NCBI GenBank assembly: GCA_963798485.1
Contig: CAWCTR010000020.1
Span: forward strand, 41,361 to 105,360
Source: an uncultured delta proteobacterium
GTDB lineage: Bacteria > Desulfobacterota > Desulfomonilia > UBA1062
Length of the DNA stretch: 64,000 nt
Direction: 5' to 3'
Positions 48,484 through 59,900 of the stretch are shown one piece after another. How positions within the stretch are numbered: the first letter of the stretch is position 1; each line of letters opens with the position of its first letter. The notes under the pieces are model-generated. The model was given only the letters and a program-made list of their open reading frames with translations, made no database searches and was not told where the DNA came from. Position numbers and translations under genes: made by a program.

Positions 48484-49305
48484 CTAACCTTCCCACTTGA
48501 GATCTTTTCTGATGACGCCGCCTATCCTTGTCTCAAAGCGCTCGAAGAGTTCCTCCACGATTTTCTTTGGGGCGCCCTTGAGCACGATGTTCTCCTTTTC
48601 CGCCCTTGGCGTATACACGTCAATGATCTTGGTAGGAGAACCCTTGATGCCGATGACAGCCGGATCAAGTCCCAGGTCTGATGCGCTCACCGCAAGGATG
48701 TTGAGATCTTCGAAGGCGTCCTGCAATCCGGACAGAGGGATATAACGCGGCAGGAAATGCTGGGTGTTCACGCTCACCAGGCAAGGCAGGTCCATCTCGA
48801 GTGTTTCCAGGAAGTTGTCGGAAAACCGTTTGACCCTTAGGCTCCTGGAGTTCAACTCCAGATGATCCACATAGGATATTTCAGGTATGTTCAGCTCCTC
48901 GGCAAGCTGCGGTCCTACCTGGGCGGTTTCGCTGTCCGTTGTGTGGCATCCGCAAAGGATAAGATCAAAATCAGGGCAGAAGATCTCAATGGCCCGTGCC
49001 AGGGTATAGGATGTAACATGGGTATCCGCACCCGCCATGGCCGCATCGGTGAGCATGAGACACCGATCGGCCCCCATGGCGATAGCCTCTCTGAGGATCT
49101 CCTCTGCTATGGGAGGTCCCATGGTAATGGCGGTGATATGCCCTCCATGCTGCTGCTTAAGGGTAAGCGCAGCCTCAAGTGCATGCTTGCAGGCAGGGTT
49201 CATCATGCCGTCCGCAAGGTCCCTCCGCAGCGTCCCGCTCTTGGCATCCCAGGGCAGCTCGGTCGCCATGGGGACCTGTTTGATGCATACAATCATCTTA
49301 ACCAT
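48484..49305 (-). CDS. etfB: Electron transfer flavoprotein beta subunit
   Basis: VCIKQVP, MGP, AMGAD, DSETAQVGP, GSPT. Confidence 0.92.
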   Translation of the reverse strand: MVKMIVCIKQVPMATELPWDAKSGTLRRDLADGMMNPACKHALEAALTLKQQHGGHITAITMGPPIAEEILREAIAMGADRCLMLTDAAMAGADTHVTSYTLARAIEIFCPDFDLILCGCHTTDSETAQVGPQLAEELNIPEISYVDHLELNSRSLRVKRFSDNFLETLEMDLPCLVSVNTQHFLPRYIPLSGLQDAFEDLNILAVSASDLGLDPAVIGIKGSPTKIIDVYTPRAEKENIVLKGAPKKIVEELFERFETRIGGVIRKDLKWEG

Positions 49306-49323
49306 TAAAGTGTTCCCCTGCCC

Positions 49324-50472
49324 TCACATCAGCTCATTCATCACGGCCCGCGAGATGACCATTCGCTGGATCTCGCTGGTGCCTTCATAGATCTCGGTGA
49401 CCTTGGCATCCCTGAAATACCGCTCCACGTCATATTCCTTGCTATAGCCATAGCCGCCATGTATTTGCACAGCCTTATTGGTTACCGTTGAGCTTACCGT
49501 AGAGCTGAAGAGTTTGGCCATGGCCGCCTCTTTGCCGAAGGGCTTGCCGGCATCCTTCAAGGCACATACCCGATAAACCAGGAGCCGTGCCGCATCAATA
49601 TCGGTGGCCATGTCTGCCAGCATGTTCTGAATGGATTGAAATGCTGCAATAGGCTTCCTGAACTGCTGGCGCTCCTTGGAATATTTAACCGAGGCCTCAA
49701 AGGCAGCCTGGGCTATGCCGAGAGCCTGGGCTGCAATACCGATTCGTCCCGTATCAAGGGTCGCCAGGGCGATCTTGATCCCGTCGCCGATCTTGCCCAA
49801 GAGGTTCTCCCGAGGAACACGGCAGTCCTCGAAAAACAGAGAAGACACAGGGTTTGCCCTCATGCCGCAGAGATCTTCGATCTCTCCCACGGAATAACCG
49901 GGCATATCTTTTTCCAGGATGAATACACTGGCGCTACGTGCCGGTTCAGCTGCATTGGTAACGGCAAAGATGAGCGGCAGCGAGCACACCCCCCCATTGG
50001 TGACGAAGATCTTGGTACCATTGATGATGTATCCGCTGCCGGATGCCACTGCATGGGTCTCAACACCCGATGCATCCGAGCCTGCATTTGCCTCGGTCAA
50101 GCAAAAGGCGCCGATGCCCTCTCCGCTTGCAAGTCTGGGGACAAAGCGCTCCTTCTGTTCGTCCGTTCCGAAACGCAGGATGGGATATAAACCCACACTG
50201 TTATGAACAGTTACACATAGCCCCATGGCGCCGCTGACACGGGATATCTCCTCTACGGCAATGGCGTAGCTGATACTGTCGAGGTCAGCCCCGCCGTATT
50301 TTTTCGGGGCTTGAAGTCCGAAAAAGTTCAAGGGCTGCATCTTCTCTACAACTTCCCAGGGGAAGCGGGCATCCCTGTCTATCTCATGGGCAATAGGTCC
50401 GAGCTCCGCCTCGGAAAATTCACGGACCGCCTTGCGGACCAGCTTGTGCTTCATACAGGGATCTAATCTCAC
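49324..50472 (-). CDS. Acyl-CoA dehydrogenase (butyryl-CoA dehydrogenase-like)
   Basis: FCLTEANAGSD, GRIGIAAQ, QIHGGYGY, EIYEGTSEIQR; GTG start. Confidence 0.93.
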   Translation of the reverse strand: MRLDPCMKHKLVRKAVREFSEAELGPIAHEIDRDARFPWEVVEKMQPLNFFGLQAPKKYGGADLDSISYAIAVEEISRVSGAMGLCVTVHNSVGLYPILRFGTDEQKERFVPRLASGEGIGAFCLTEANAGSDASGVETHAVASGSGYIINGTKIFVTNGGVCSLPLIFAVTNAAEPARSASVFILEKDMPGYSVGEIEDLCGMRANPVSSLFFEDCRVPRENLLGKIGDGIKIALATLDTGRIGIAAQALGIAQAAFEASVKYSKERQQFRKPIAAFQSIQNMLADMATDIDAARLLVYRVCALKDAGKPFGKEAAMAKLFSSTVSSTVTNKAVQIHGGYGYSKEYDVERYFRDAKVTEIYEGTSEIQRMVISRAVMNELM

Positions 50473-50638
50473 GTTATGCTCACCTATTTATCCGATTTCT
50501 TAAGCGTTAAGCCAACGACTTGGCGCGAACCATAGCCTAAAAAAGGTCATAATTCAAGGGTTCGACAAAGTGTTTATAAAAAGAACTCTTCAAGAATAGT
50601 TCTAAGCTCATTTGGTCAATTTACAGAATTTTATACCT

Positions 50639-51997
50639 TTAACGGGCTTTTCTTATCTTCAGGGATTCCGGGCTTGGAGTTTCTTTACAACAGGACACAA
50701 AGCAGTTTCTCTTTTCTTTTGCCTTGTACATGGCGCAGTCGGCATTCTTCAGGAGGATATCCGCATCCTGTCCATCTTCAGGATAGGTGCTGGCACCTAT
50801 ACTTGGTGTCACAAAATCAATCTTAATACCTTGGATAGTATAGGGTTTTGATAAAGTCTTTAGAATCCTTGCAGCAACCTTTTCAAGATTGGTCTTTATA
50901 GGACCGCCAAGAATTATGGTGAATTCATCCCCCCCCAGCCTGCTTACGTAGTCCGTATCACGAAGGATCTCAGTCAGACGTGTCGCTACCTGCATAAGCA
51001 GCTTGTCACCCACTTCATGGCCATAGACATCGTTAACCTTCTTGAAGTGGTCAAGGTCTATGAACAGGACTGACCTTACGTTCTCATAACGTTTGGCCTC
51101 ACGGAGTACCTCGTCCAACTTTTCAAGAAAGGCCTTGCGGTTATGCAGTCCGGTCAGCGCATCGTGGTAAGCCAGGTATGCAAGCTCGTGTTCTGTTTTC
51201 TTGCGATCAGTGATATCCCTGACTATACCGCAGAAACCGACAGGGTCTCCGTCCCTGTTTCGCTGGAGAGAAACTGACGCCTCGACATACATTGCTGATC
51301 CATCGTTCCTGACAAGTTCCCAGTCAAATGATTTGGTGGGAGTGCCGGAAACAAAGACATTGTGAAACGTTTCGAATACGCGCTTCGCATTGGCATCATC
51401 GACATATTTCTTATAGCTGAGCCCAACGCACTCATCGTATGCATACCCGAGTTGTTGTGGGATGTTGTCGTTAAAGAAGGTAAAGCTTCCCCCAAGATCC
51501 ACTTCAAAATATCCATCCTCAATAGAATCAAGGATTGACCGGAACCTTATCTCGCTCTCAATGAGGGCCTGTTCGGTCTCCAGCATATCAGTTACATCCC
51601 GTGCAATACCCTGGATGGTCTTGGTACCATCGGGATACTCGGCAATGTAGTTCTTGTGCTCGACAATACGCTTCCGGCCTGTCTTTGCAACCAGCTGGAT
51701 GAGCCCCTCATCGCGCCCATGTTCAACTACCCTGCTTAGATAACTATGAAACTGCTTCTGATACTTTTCCGCTAAAAGGTCTTTTACGTTATGACCAACC
51801 ATTTCTTCTCTGCTGTAACCCAGAAAACCCACAAACCGGGGGCTAATACCAACAAAGACACCATTAAGATCATGTTCAAAGATGAACTCGTTTACACTGT
51901 TGTAAATTTCAGTACATATTTCCGAACTGTTACAGGACGCCCTGTTGACTTGGTCGATCTTTTGAGCGATCTCCTCATAGATAAGCTTGTCGAACAA
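50639..51997 (-). CDS. PAS-PAS-GGDEF diguanylate cyclase
   Basis: Two PAS/PAC domains, HDALTGL.NR, DLDHFK.VND.YGH, RLGGDEF. Confidence 0.93.
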   Translation of the reverse strand: MFDKLIYEEIAQKIDQVNRASCNSSEICTEIYNSVNEFIFEHDLNGVFVGISPRFVGFLGYSREEMVGHNVKDLLAEKYQKQFHSYLSRVVEHGRDEGLIQLVAKTGRKRIVEHKNYIAEYPDGTKTIQGIARDVTDMLETEQALIESEIRFRSILDSIEDGYFEVDLGGSFTFFNDNIPQQLGYAYDECVGLSYKKYVDDANAKRVFETFHNVFVSGTPTKSFDWELVRNDGSAMYVEASVSLQRNRDGDPVGFCGIVRDITDRKKTEHELAYLAYHDALTGLHNRKAFLEKLDEVLREAKRYENVRSVLFIDLDHFKKVNDVYGHEVGDKLLMQVATRLTEILRDTDYVSRLGGDEFTIILGGPIKTNLEKVAARILKTLSKPYTIQGIKIDFVTPSIGASTYPEDGQDADILLKNADCAMYKAKEKRNCFVSCCKETPSPESLKIRKAR

Positions 51998-52232
51998 TTT
52001 ACATCACTCCCTGGTTAGGGCATGGATTACAGTTAAATAAAAGCACACTGACCCCTAACATCCGCATAAAATGGACAATGCCTTCAGATTCATCTTAAGT
52101 CTCCTGCAATTTTATACATCGCAATCGTAATTTGTATCGGAAAAACAATATTAAAAGATTATGATTTTTCATGATATCGTTAATAAGAAGACATTGCTCC
52201 CCTTGACTTGGCACGTATGGGGCTTATCATAG

Positions 52233-52309
52233 AGGGCAAGCCTTGGGATTACATTTCAAAGGGAATATTCCCATAGACCCTCGCTTGAAATGTACCCGAG
52301 GCTTTCTTT
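52233..52309 (+). ncRNA. Candidate small hairpin RNA
   Basis: TTGACT-N16-TATCAT directly upstream; long two-part stem followed by a T-rich tail. Confidence 0.35.
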
Positions 52310-52327
52310 GAAGATGGTGTTTATCTA

Positions 52328-52645
52328 TTATTTATCACGGTGGGGTTTGCGATCCATTTCGTAATGGGCATCAAGGATCTTCTTGACTGTAGATCCCTTC
52401 TTTTTAAGGACTTTGGAACCACGGGTGATCTTGCACAGACTGATCCGGTATCGTGATGCGATGCTCCTCTGGGTCTGGCCGTCATAGAGCTCTTTAAGGA
52501 GTTGCCATCTCAAGGTAAGGTCGCGGAGTTCTTTTTGTGTAAAGATCTCCTCGAAGAGGGTAACCATCTCCTGATAATCCATGATCTCGGCAAAGACCTT
52601 TTCAAGCTCATGTGCCGGATCCTTGGTGATCTTGCCTGTTGACAT
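52328..52645 (-). CDS. TrpR/YerC-family repressor-like protein
   Basis: FTQKELRDLTLRW...TQRSIA...SLCKITRGS. Confidence 0.85.
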   Translation of the reverse strand: MSTGKITKDPAHELEKVFAEIMDYQEMVTLFEEIFTQKELRDLTLRWQLLKELYDGQTQRSIASRYRISLCKITRGSKVLKKKGSTVKKILDAHYEMDRKPHRDK

Positions 52646-52768
52646 AACAAAAGACGTAACTGAAAGGCCATGGTGCTGTCAAAGATTTTTTACCTGCATT
52701 GATAACTAGGATGTATTATATCCATTCCCTAGTGAATAAATACAATTCCATAACTTAAGGATATTTAT

Positions 52769-53524
52769 ATGAAACTGATCTCATGGAATGTTAACGGCCT
52801 CAGGGCAGCCCTCAAGAATAACTTCATCGAAAGTGTTAAAGACATGAAACCGGATATCCTGTGCCTTCAGGAGACCCGGGTCTCCAGGCATGAGATTAAT
52901 GTTGACCTTAATGGCTATCAACAGTATTTCAACAGCGCGAAAAAAAGGGGATATTCCGGAACTGCCGTCTTCAGCACTAGCCCACCCGAATCCGTAACCT
53001 ACGGATTAGGCATAGACGAGCATGACAGCGAAGGCCGTGTCATTACCCTTGAATTCAAAGACTTTCAACTGGTGAATGTCTACACCCCCAATGCCCAGCA
53101 TAAGCTCTTACGCCTCGATTACCGCCAGAAATGGGACGCTGATTTCCATTCGTTTATAAAGGAACTGGATCACAAAAAGCCCGTGATCTTCTGTGGCGAC
53201 CTGAACGTAGCACACAAGGAGATCGACCTTAAAAACCCCAAGTCCAACCAGCACAACCCCGGGTTCACCATCGAAGAGAGGCGTGGCCTTGACAGGTACA
53301 TTGAAAGCGGCTTCATCGATACCTTCCGTGAGTTCAACCAGGAGTCAGGCAACTATACATGGTGGTCTTACCGGTTCAATGCCAGGGCTAAAAACATTGG
53401 GTGGCGCATCGACTACTTCTGCATCTCAAAGGAGCTCAGGCCGCGGCTCAAGGACGCCTTCATCCTCAAGGATGTCATGGGTTCCGACCATTGCCCTGTT
53501 GGGATTATCCTGGAAGAACCCTAG
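52769..53524 (+). CDS. xth: Exodeoxyribonuclease III
   Basis: SWNVNGLRA, LQE, GDLNVAH, YTWWSYR, GWRIDY, SDHCP. Confidence 0.95.
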   Translation: MKLISWNVNGLRAALKNNFIESVKDMKPDILCLQETRVSRHEINVDLNGYQQYFNSAKKRGYSGTAVFSTSPPESVTYGLGIDEHDSEGRVITLEFKDFQLVNVYTPNAQHKLLRLDYRQKWDADFHSFIKELDHKKPVIFCGDLNVAHKEIDLKNPKSNQHNPGFTIEERRGLDRYIESGFIDTFREFNQESGNYTWWSYRFNARAKNIGWRIDYFCISKELRPRLKDAFILKDVMGSDHCPVGIILEEP

Positions 53525-53964
53525 AGTGTTTCCTCTGATTCAGCAACCTCACCGCACCATGAGAGGATCTTATCTCGGATGGAGTCCCTGATCTGCCTTA
53601 ATTGTTCTATCTTCTCATCTTCAGTCCCTGTCAGATTTGATGGATCAGGAAAACTCCAGTGTATCTGTTTGATGAGCCCGAGGAATACAGGACACTGCTC
53701 GGCACTAGCCTGGTCGCATACGGTGATAATGTAGGAAAATACCTCGCCTGTTTTATAGACATCAAAGACACTCCTGGGCTTGTTATCTGAGATGTCGATC
53801 CCTGCTTCGTGCATTACCTTTACAACCTGCGGCGTTACTTCCTTGGCCGGGGTAATGCCGGCACTCTCTGCCAGAAACCTGTCGCCACAGAGGTGGTTCA
53901 AAAAGCCTTGGGCCATCTGGCTCCTGCCACTGTTATGCACACATACAAAGAGAACTTTTCTCAT
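53521..53964 (-). CDS. arsC: Arsenate reductase ArsC / LMW-PTP family protein
   Basis: CVHNSGRSQMA, TVCD, CP.F, HWSFPDP. Confidence 0.85.
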   Translation of the reverse strand: MRKVLFVCVHNSGRSQMAQGFLNHLCGDRFLAESAGITPAKEVTPQVVKVMHEAGIDISDNKPRSVFDVYKTGEVFSYIITVCDQASAEQCPVFLGLIKQIHWSFPDPSNLTGTEDEKIEQLRQIRDSIRDKILSWCGEVAESEETL

Positions 53965-53993
53965 AGGTTTTACTACCTTAACTGATTATTCTT

Positions 53994-54749
53994 CTACCGG
54001 CTGAACTTCTCTCGTTCCACAGTATCAGGCGCCACACCAAGCTTCTGGAGATCATTGAGCGCAGATTCCATCATGGGCGGCGGGCCGCAAAGGTAAAAGG
54101 CTGCATCCCTGCCAACACCGTGCATCTTCAGAATATCTTCATTTAAGCGGCCCTTTTCGTAAAAAACATTGGGGTAGAGTATATCAACATACCTGTTCAC
54201 ATCGTCATCACGGCTCAGGCAGTGAACAACATTAAGGCTGAGTTCCCTGGACATCTGTTTTATCTCATCCGAAGAAAAAATATCATCGCTGGTCTTGTTG
54301 GCCCAGAAGAGTATTACCTTGTTAGGCGCCTTGATATTCCTGAAGTGCCGGAGCACACTCAAGAACGGTGTTATGCCTACTCCTCCGGCGATCATGACAA
54401 TGGAGGGCTTCGCATCGATATCCTTGCAGAACACCCCTAAAGGTCCCATGCACTTCACCGGTGCACCCGGCTTCAGGTCGCCGATGGCCGAAGTAAACTT
54501 GCCTTCCTTTTTGATTGTCAGGTGTAGCAAGGCATCTTCAGGAGCCCCTGAGATCGTGAACGGATGAGGCTCGCTCCAGCCTTCAGGCCTCATGATTCGA
54601 ATGGAGGCATACTGTCCGGCCTTTCTGAGCATAAATCCTTCGTCGGATCCTTCCAGGTAAAGGGAGTTCGAGTCATGGTTTTCCGGGACAACCTTGACCA
54701 CCTTGCAGATGTTCTTCTGTTCCTGGCCTGCTATGGGTATATCCATCAC
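53994..54749 (-). CDS. FAD/NAD(P)-binding oxidoreductase (FNR-like)
   Basis: AGQY, HPFTIS, GPLG.F, AGGVGITPF, YLCGPPPM. Confidence 0.85.
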   Translation of the reverse strand: MMDIPIAGQEQKNICKVVKVVPENHDSNSLYLEGSDEGFMLRKAGQYASIRIMRPEGWSEPHPFTISGAPEDALLHLTIKKEGKFTSAIGDLKPGAPVKCMGPLGVFCKDIDAKPSIVMIAGGVGITPFLSVLRHFRNIKAPNKVILFWANKTSDDIFSSDEIKQMSRELSLNVVHCLSRDDDVNRYVDILYPNVFYEKGRLNEDILKMHGVGRDAAFYLCGPPPMMESALNDLQKLGVAPDTVEREKFSR

Positions 54750-54856
54750 ATTCCCTCCTCACATAGTGCTTGTGAATATATCCTTATATGTTCATATTGC
54801 AAATAAGACATCAGATGCATTTTACAATAACCATATCACAATTGTCTCTATAAGTA

Positions 54857-54915
54857 TTGACATCTGAGAGATGATCTATTAATTCATATTAGCACTCATT
54901 AATGATGAGTGCTAA
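54857..54915 (+). promoter_or_regulatory. Sigma70-type -35 and CIRCE element of groESL copy 2
   Basis: TTGACA at 54857; perfect TTAGCACTC-N9-GAGTGCTAA at 54889-54915. Confidence 0.95.
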
Positions 54916-54954
54916 TAGTTTCAAGCAATCTCTTCTTCTAAAAGGAGGACTATA

Positions 54955-55245
54955 ATGAAGATTAGACCATTACATGACCGGGTTATTGTCAAGAGGATCG
55001 AAGAAGACCAGAAGACCAAGGGCGGCATAATAATTCCCGATACCGCCAAAGAGAAACCCCAGATGGGTGAAGTGATCGCAGCAGGTCCGGGAAGAAAATC
55101 CGAGGATGGAAAACTCCTGGCGCTCGATGTAAAAAAAGGCGACAAGGTGCTCTTCTCAAAGTATTCTGGCAACGACATCAAGATCGATGGGGAAGAGCTG
55201 TTAATCATGAAGGAAGATGACATCCTTGGTATCTTTACGAAATAA
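54955..55245 (+). CDS. groS: Co-chaperonin GroES (copy 2)
   Basis: [10 protein letters not shown]...[13 protein letters not shown]; AGGAGG RBS. Confidence 0.97.
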   Translation: MKIRPLHDRVIVKRIEEDQKTKGGIIIPDTAKEKPQMGEVIAAGPGRKSEDGKLLALDVKKGDKVLFSKYSGNDIKIDGEELLIMKEDDILGIFTK

Positions 55246-56892
<1,647 letters not shown>

Positions 56893-56903
56893 TATACCAA
56901 ACG

Positions 56904-56938
56904 AAAAGCGGAGGCGGCATTAATGCCGCCCCCGCTTT
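56904..56938. terminator. Bidirectional intrinsic terminator
   Basis: AAAGCGGAGGCGGCAT-TA-ATGCCGCCCCCGCTTT between convergent genes. Confidence 0.8.
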
Positions 56939-56956
56939 ATCTCCTGTTTCTGTCCA

Positions 56957-59900
56957 CTATTTCCCCAAATATTGCGCGAGTTGATCCATACCCTGTAAGT
57001 AATGCCTTGAATCCCTCTCCAGAAAAGTAAGATAGGGAATAATAGACCTGTTTTTTGCACTCCATGTGCCGTCATATGAGATAGTTACAACCGGAACGCC
57101 GGTCGTTTCTTCGATCTTCTTCGTCATGGCCTGCGTTACTAATGCCGGGCAACAAAACGCCGGATCCGTCTGGACAAACAGGGAAACTTCGGGATGATAT
57201 TTCTTGATGTAGTATGTCTTCAGAATGTTATCCATCGATTCTCCTGTATGTTCAGTCAGGAGGTTGAATGGCGCAAGGATCTTCTGGATTGAATCATTGT
57301 ATTCGTGGTCAGGCTCCTGGAGAATCTTCTTGAAATAATGATAGTATCTCCTCTCAAGGAGCTTCAGTGCGGCATAGTAAGCCCTTGATGATAGGGTAAA
57401 GAAATAATAGCCCTCAGTTATCCACTTCTTGAAATAGGGATAAGCGATCATCTTCATATAGGCGCTGTATGGTGTGGTAATGACCTCTCCCCCGTGCTCT
57501 TCGATGAAGTGGATAAGATCCTGGTTGGCAAAATCATTGTCCCTAACATAGAAATCGCCAAAGATGGCCACCTTCGGCCGTTCTTCATGTTTTCGGGGAA
57601 TTGCCTCAAAGAGGGATATCACCTCTTTGAGGGCTCGCTCCTTCGATCGCACCCCAAGGAAGGCCCCAGAGAGAAGAGTAAGACCTTCAGCTATGGCCCT
57701 ATCCGTCATCCCCTTTACGGTTTCATACGGTCTGATCTTGCATCCGACCTTCCTGAGCAGGCCGCCGAACATGAAGGCAAGGTAAACATTCACCGTGGCA
57801 CGCAGAGAAATATCCATCATGGAGAACTCTCCATGATAAACCCTCGCATGCTCCATCCCTTGGCCATAGTTATTTAAAATATACTTGATATGGTGCGGGA
57901 TCATCTTCAGGTTGCATGCAATCTGCCCCCTGCAGATCCATAGGGTGCACTTGCTGGGATCAAGCCCCTGCTTTTGAATTGAATCAATGAATTCCTGGGC
58001 TAGGATATTGATGGGTATGCATTGGCCGGTATTGTATTTAAGACTTTTCCGGAGGCTTGTCTGGCTCTCGTCGATCAGCCGTGCATCGATCCCTTCCCTT
58101 TGAAGTGAGGCAACAATCAAGGCACAGCTTAAATGATCCCAGTTCGGAAAGAAAAGTGTATGGCCGTTAAAGGATCTTACAGGGACAATATCCGTGAAAG
58201 GTGCGCCTTGTCTATCGGAGAGGTTTGTACTGAAGTGATGCTGGAACGCCCGGATTGATGCCTCGATCCGGGTCTCGTAGCCGACATTGGAATCATGCTC
58301 ATCGAGTTGAAGGATGAGATATGGTTTGCCGTATGAATCCAAAAGCTTCTTGAAGTATTCAACGGCAAAAGAATCAGGAGTGCATCGAAATGAGGTGACG
58401 AAAACAGGATATAATCCGTCGGTGACAGCCGCCAGATCAGCGGCATGAAGGATATTGGCTGCATGTTTCCAGGGAATCTCATCCAGGAGATCTTTAAGAG
58501 GCGCTCTGACTTCATGCTGCTTCAGGGGAAGCATATCATGCGTGAATATCTTGACCCCTTTTGATGAAAATAGATCGATGATCCCCTTGTTCATGGCCGG
58601 GGAGAGGATGGTATAGGGCCTTCCAAGGAGCACTACAGCCATCCTATCCGCAGTAAACTGTTTGCGATATTGTTCAGACAGCTCTTCAAGAGCCCTCTCC
58701 TTGAATTCAAGGGCATTGTCGTAGGCGGCAGAGACCTCAAAAAAATTGATCTTTCCACTGATTATGGTTTTCAACATACGATAGAGCTGCACCTTTGCAT
58801 GAAATCCATTGTAGAGGTACTTGACAAGGGGCATCAGTATCCTGTGCTTCTCATTTGTGAATACGGAAGCAACTAGAGAAGGGGCATACTGGGTATAGTA
58901 GCAATACTGCCGCCTGATGTCCTTTGCCTTTACCCGTTCTTCCAAATAAAATGGCAGAAAGATGTAATCCGCCGCCGTAAGGAGATGACTCACATGGCCA
59001 TGAAGTGCTGACATGGGGGCACAGAACTCAGCACCTGAAAGCTTTTTACCTTCATGCAAGGCATTCATGTAGTCCTTACTTGTTATGGTCCTTATGGAGA
59101 GTGCTTCAAAGAAATGCTGCCAGAAGGCCAGGTCTTCCATGAGGTGGAGTGCGGCAGGTATCCCTATAGTGAATTGTTTTTCATGGCCCTTCTTCTTAGG
59201 TGTTGAAAATGCCTTTGACCTGACCCTGATAAGATCAAATCCGGAGGTGTTGTTGTTGACATGCCGCCTGGTCTGATAGTCCCTCCCGCACAGGAAACCA
59301 TACGCATGATCCTCGCCATCAAGGGTTGCAATAGTAAGCTTGCAATGGTTGGTACACAGAGAACAGACCTCCGAGCGTATTGGGACTTGTTTGGCATACA
59401 GGCCTAATCCTGAAAAATTATCCGATTGTATTCCCTCATCAGAGAGCAGGAGCGCAACCCCCATTGCCCCTGTAAGATGGCAGTACTTTGAAACATGGAT
59501 GGACTTGCCGAGCCTTTGCTCAAAGGCTGCTACCAATGCCCTGTTCTTTGCCGTAGCACCCTGGAAGCATATGATCTCACCGATGCTTGCCTCAAGTGCC
59601 ACCTTAGTGAGGTAGTTTTCGCAGACCGAGTAGAGGGCTGAGGCAAGCGCTTCATCGGGAGAATACCCCTCGTTCAGGTAGTAGTTCATGTCCCGTTCCA
59701 TAAAAACCGTGCACCTGTCCGATGACATGGGAGATTGTTTCCCTTCGGTCCTGGCCGAATACTCATCGAGAGGACAACCCATCCGCTTTGCCTGTTCCTC
59801 AATGAAGCTCCCTGTGCCTGCAGCACAGACGGTGTTCATGGCGCTGAAAGTGACTGACTTGTCCCTGATGGTTGTAAACTTTGAATCCTGGCCGCCTATC

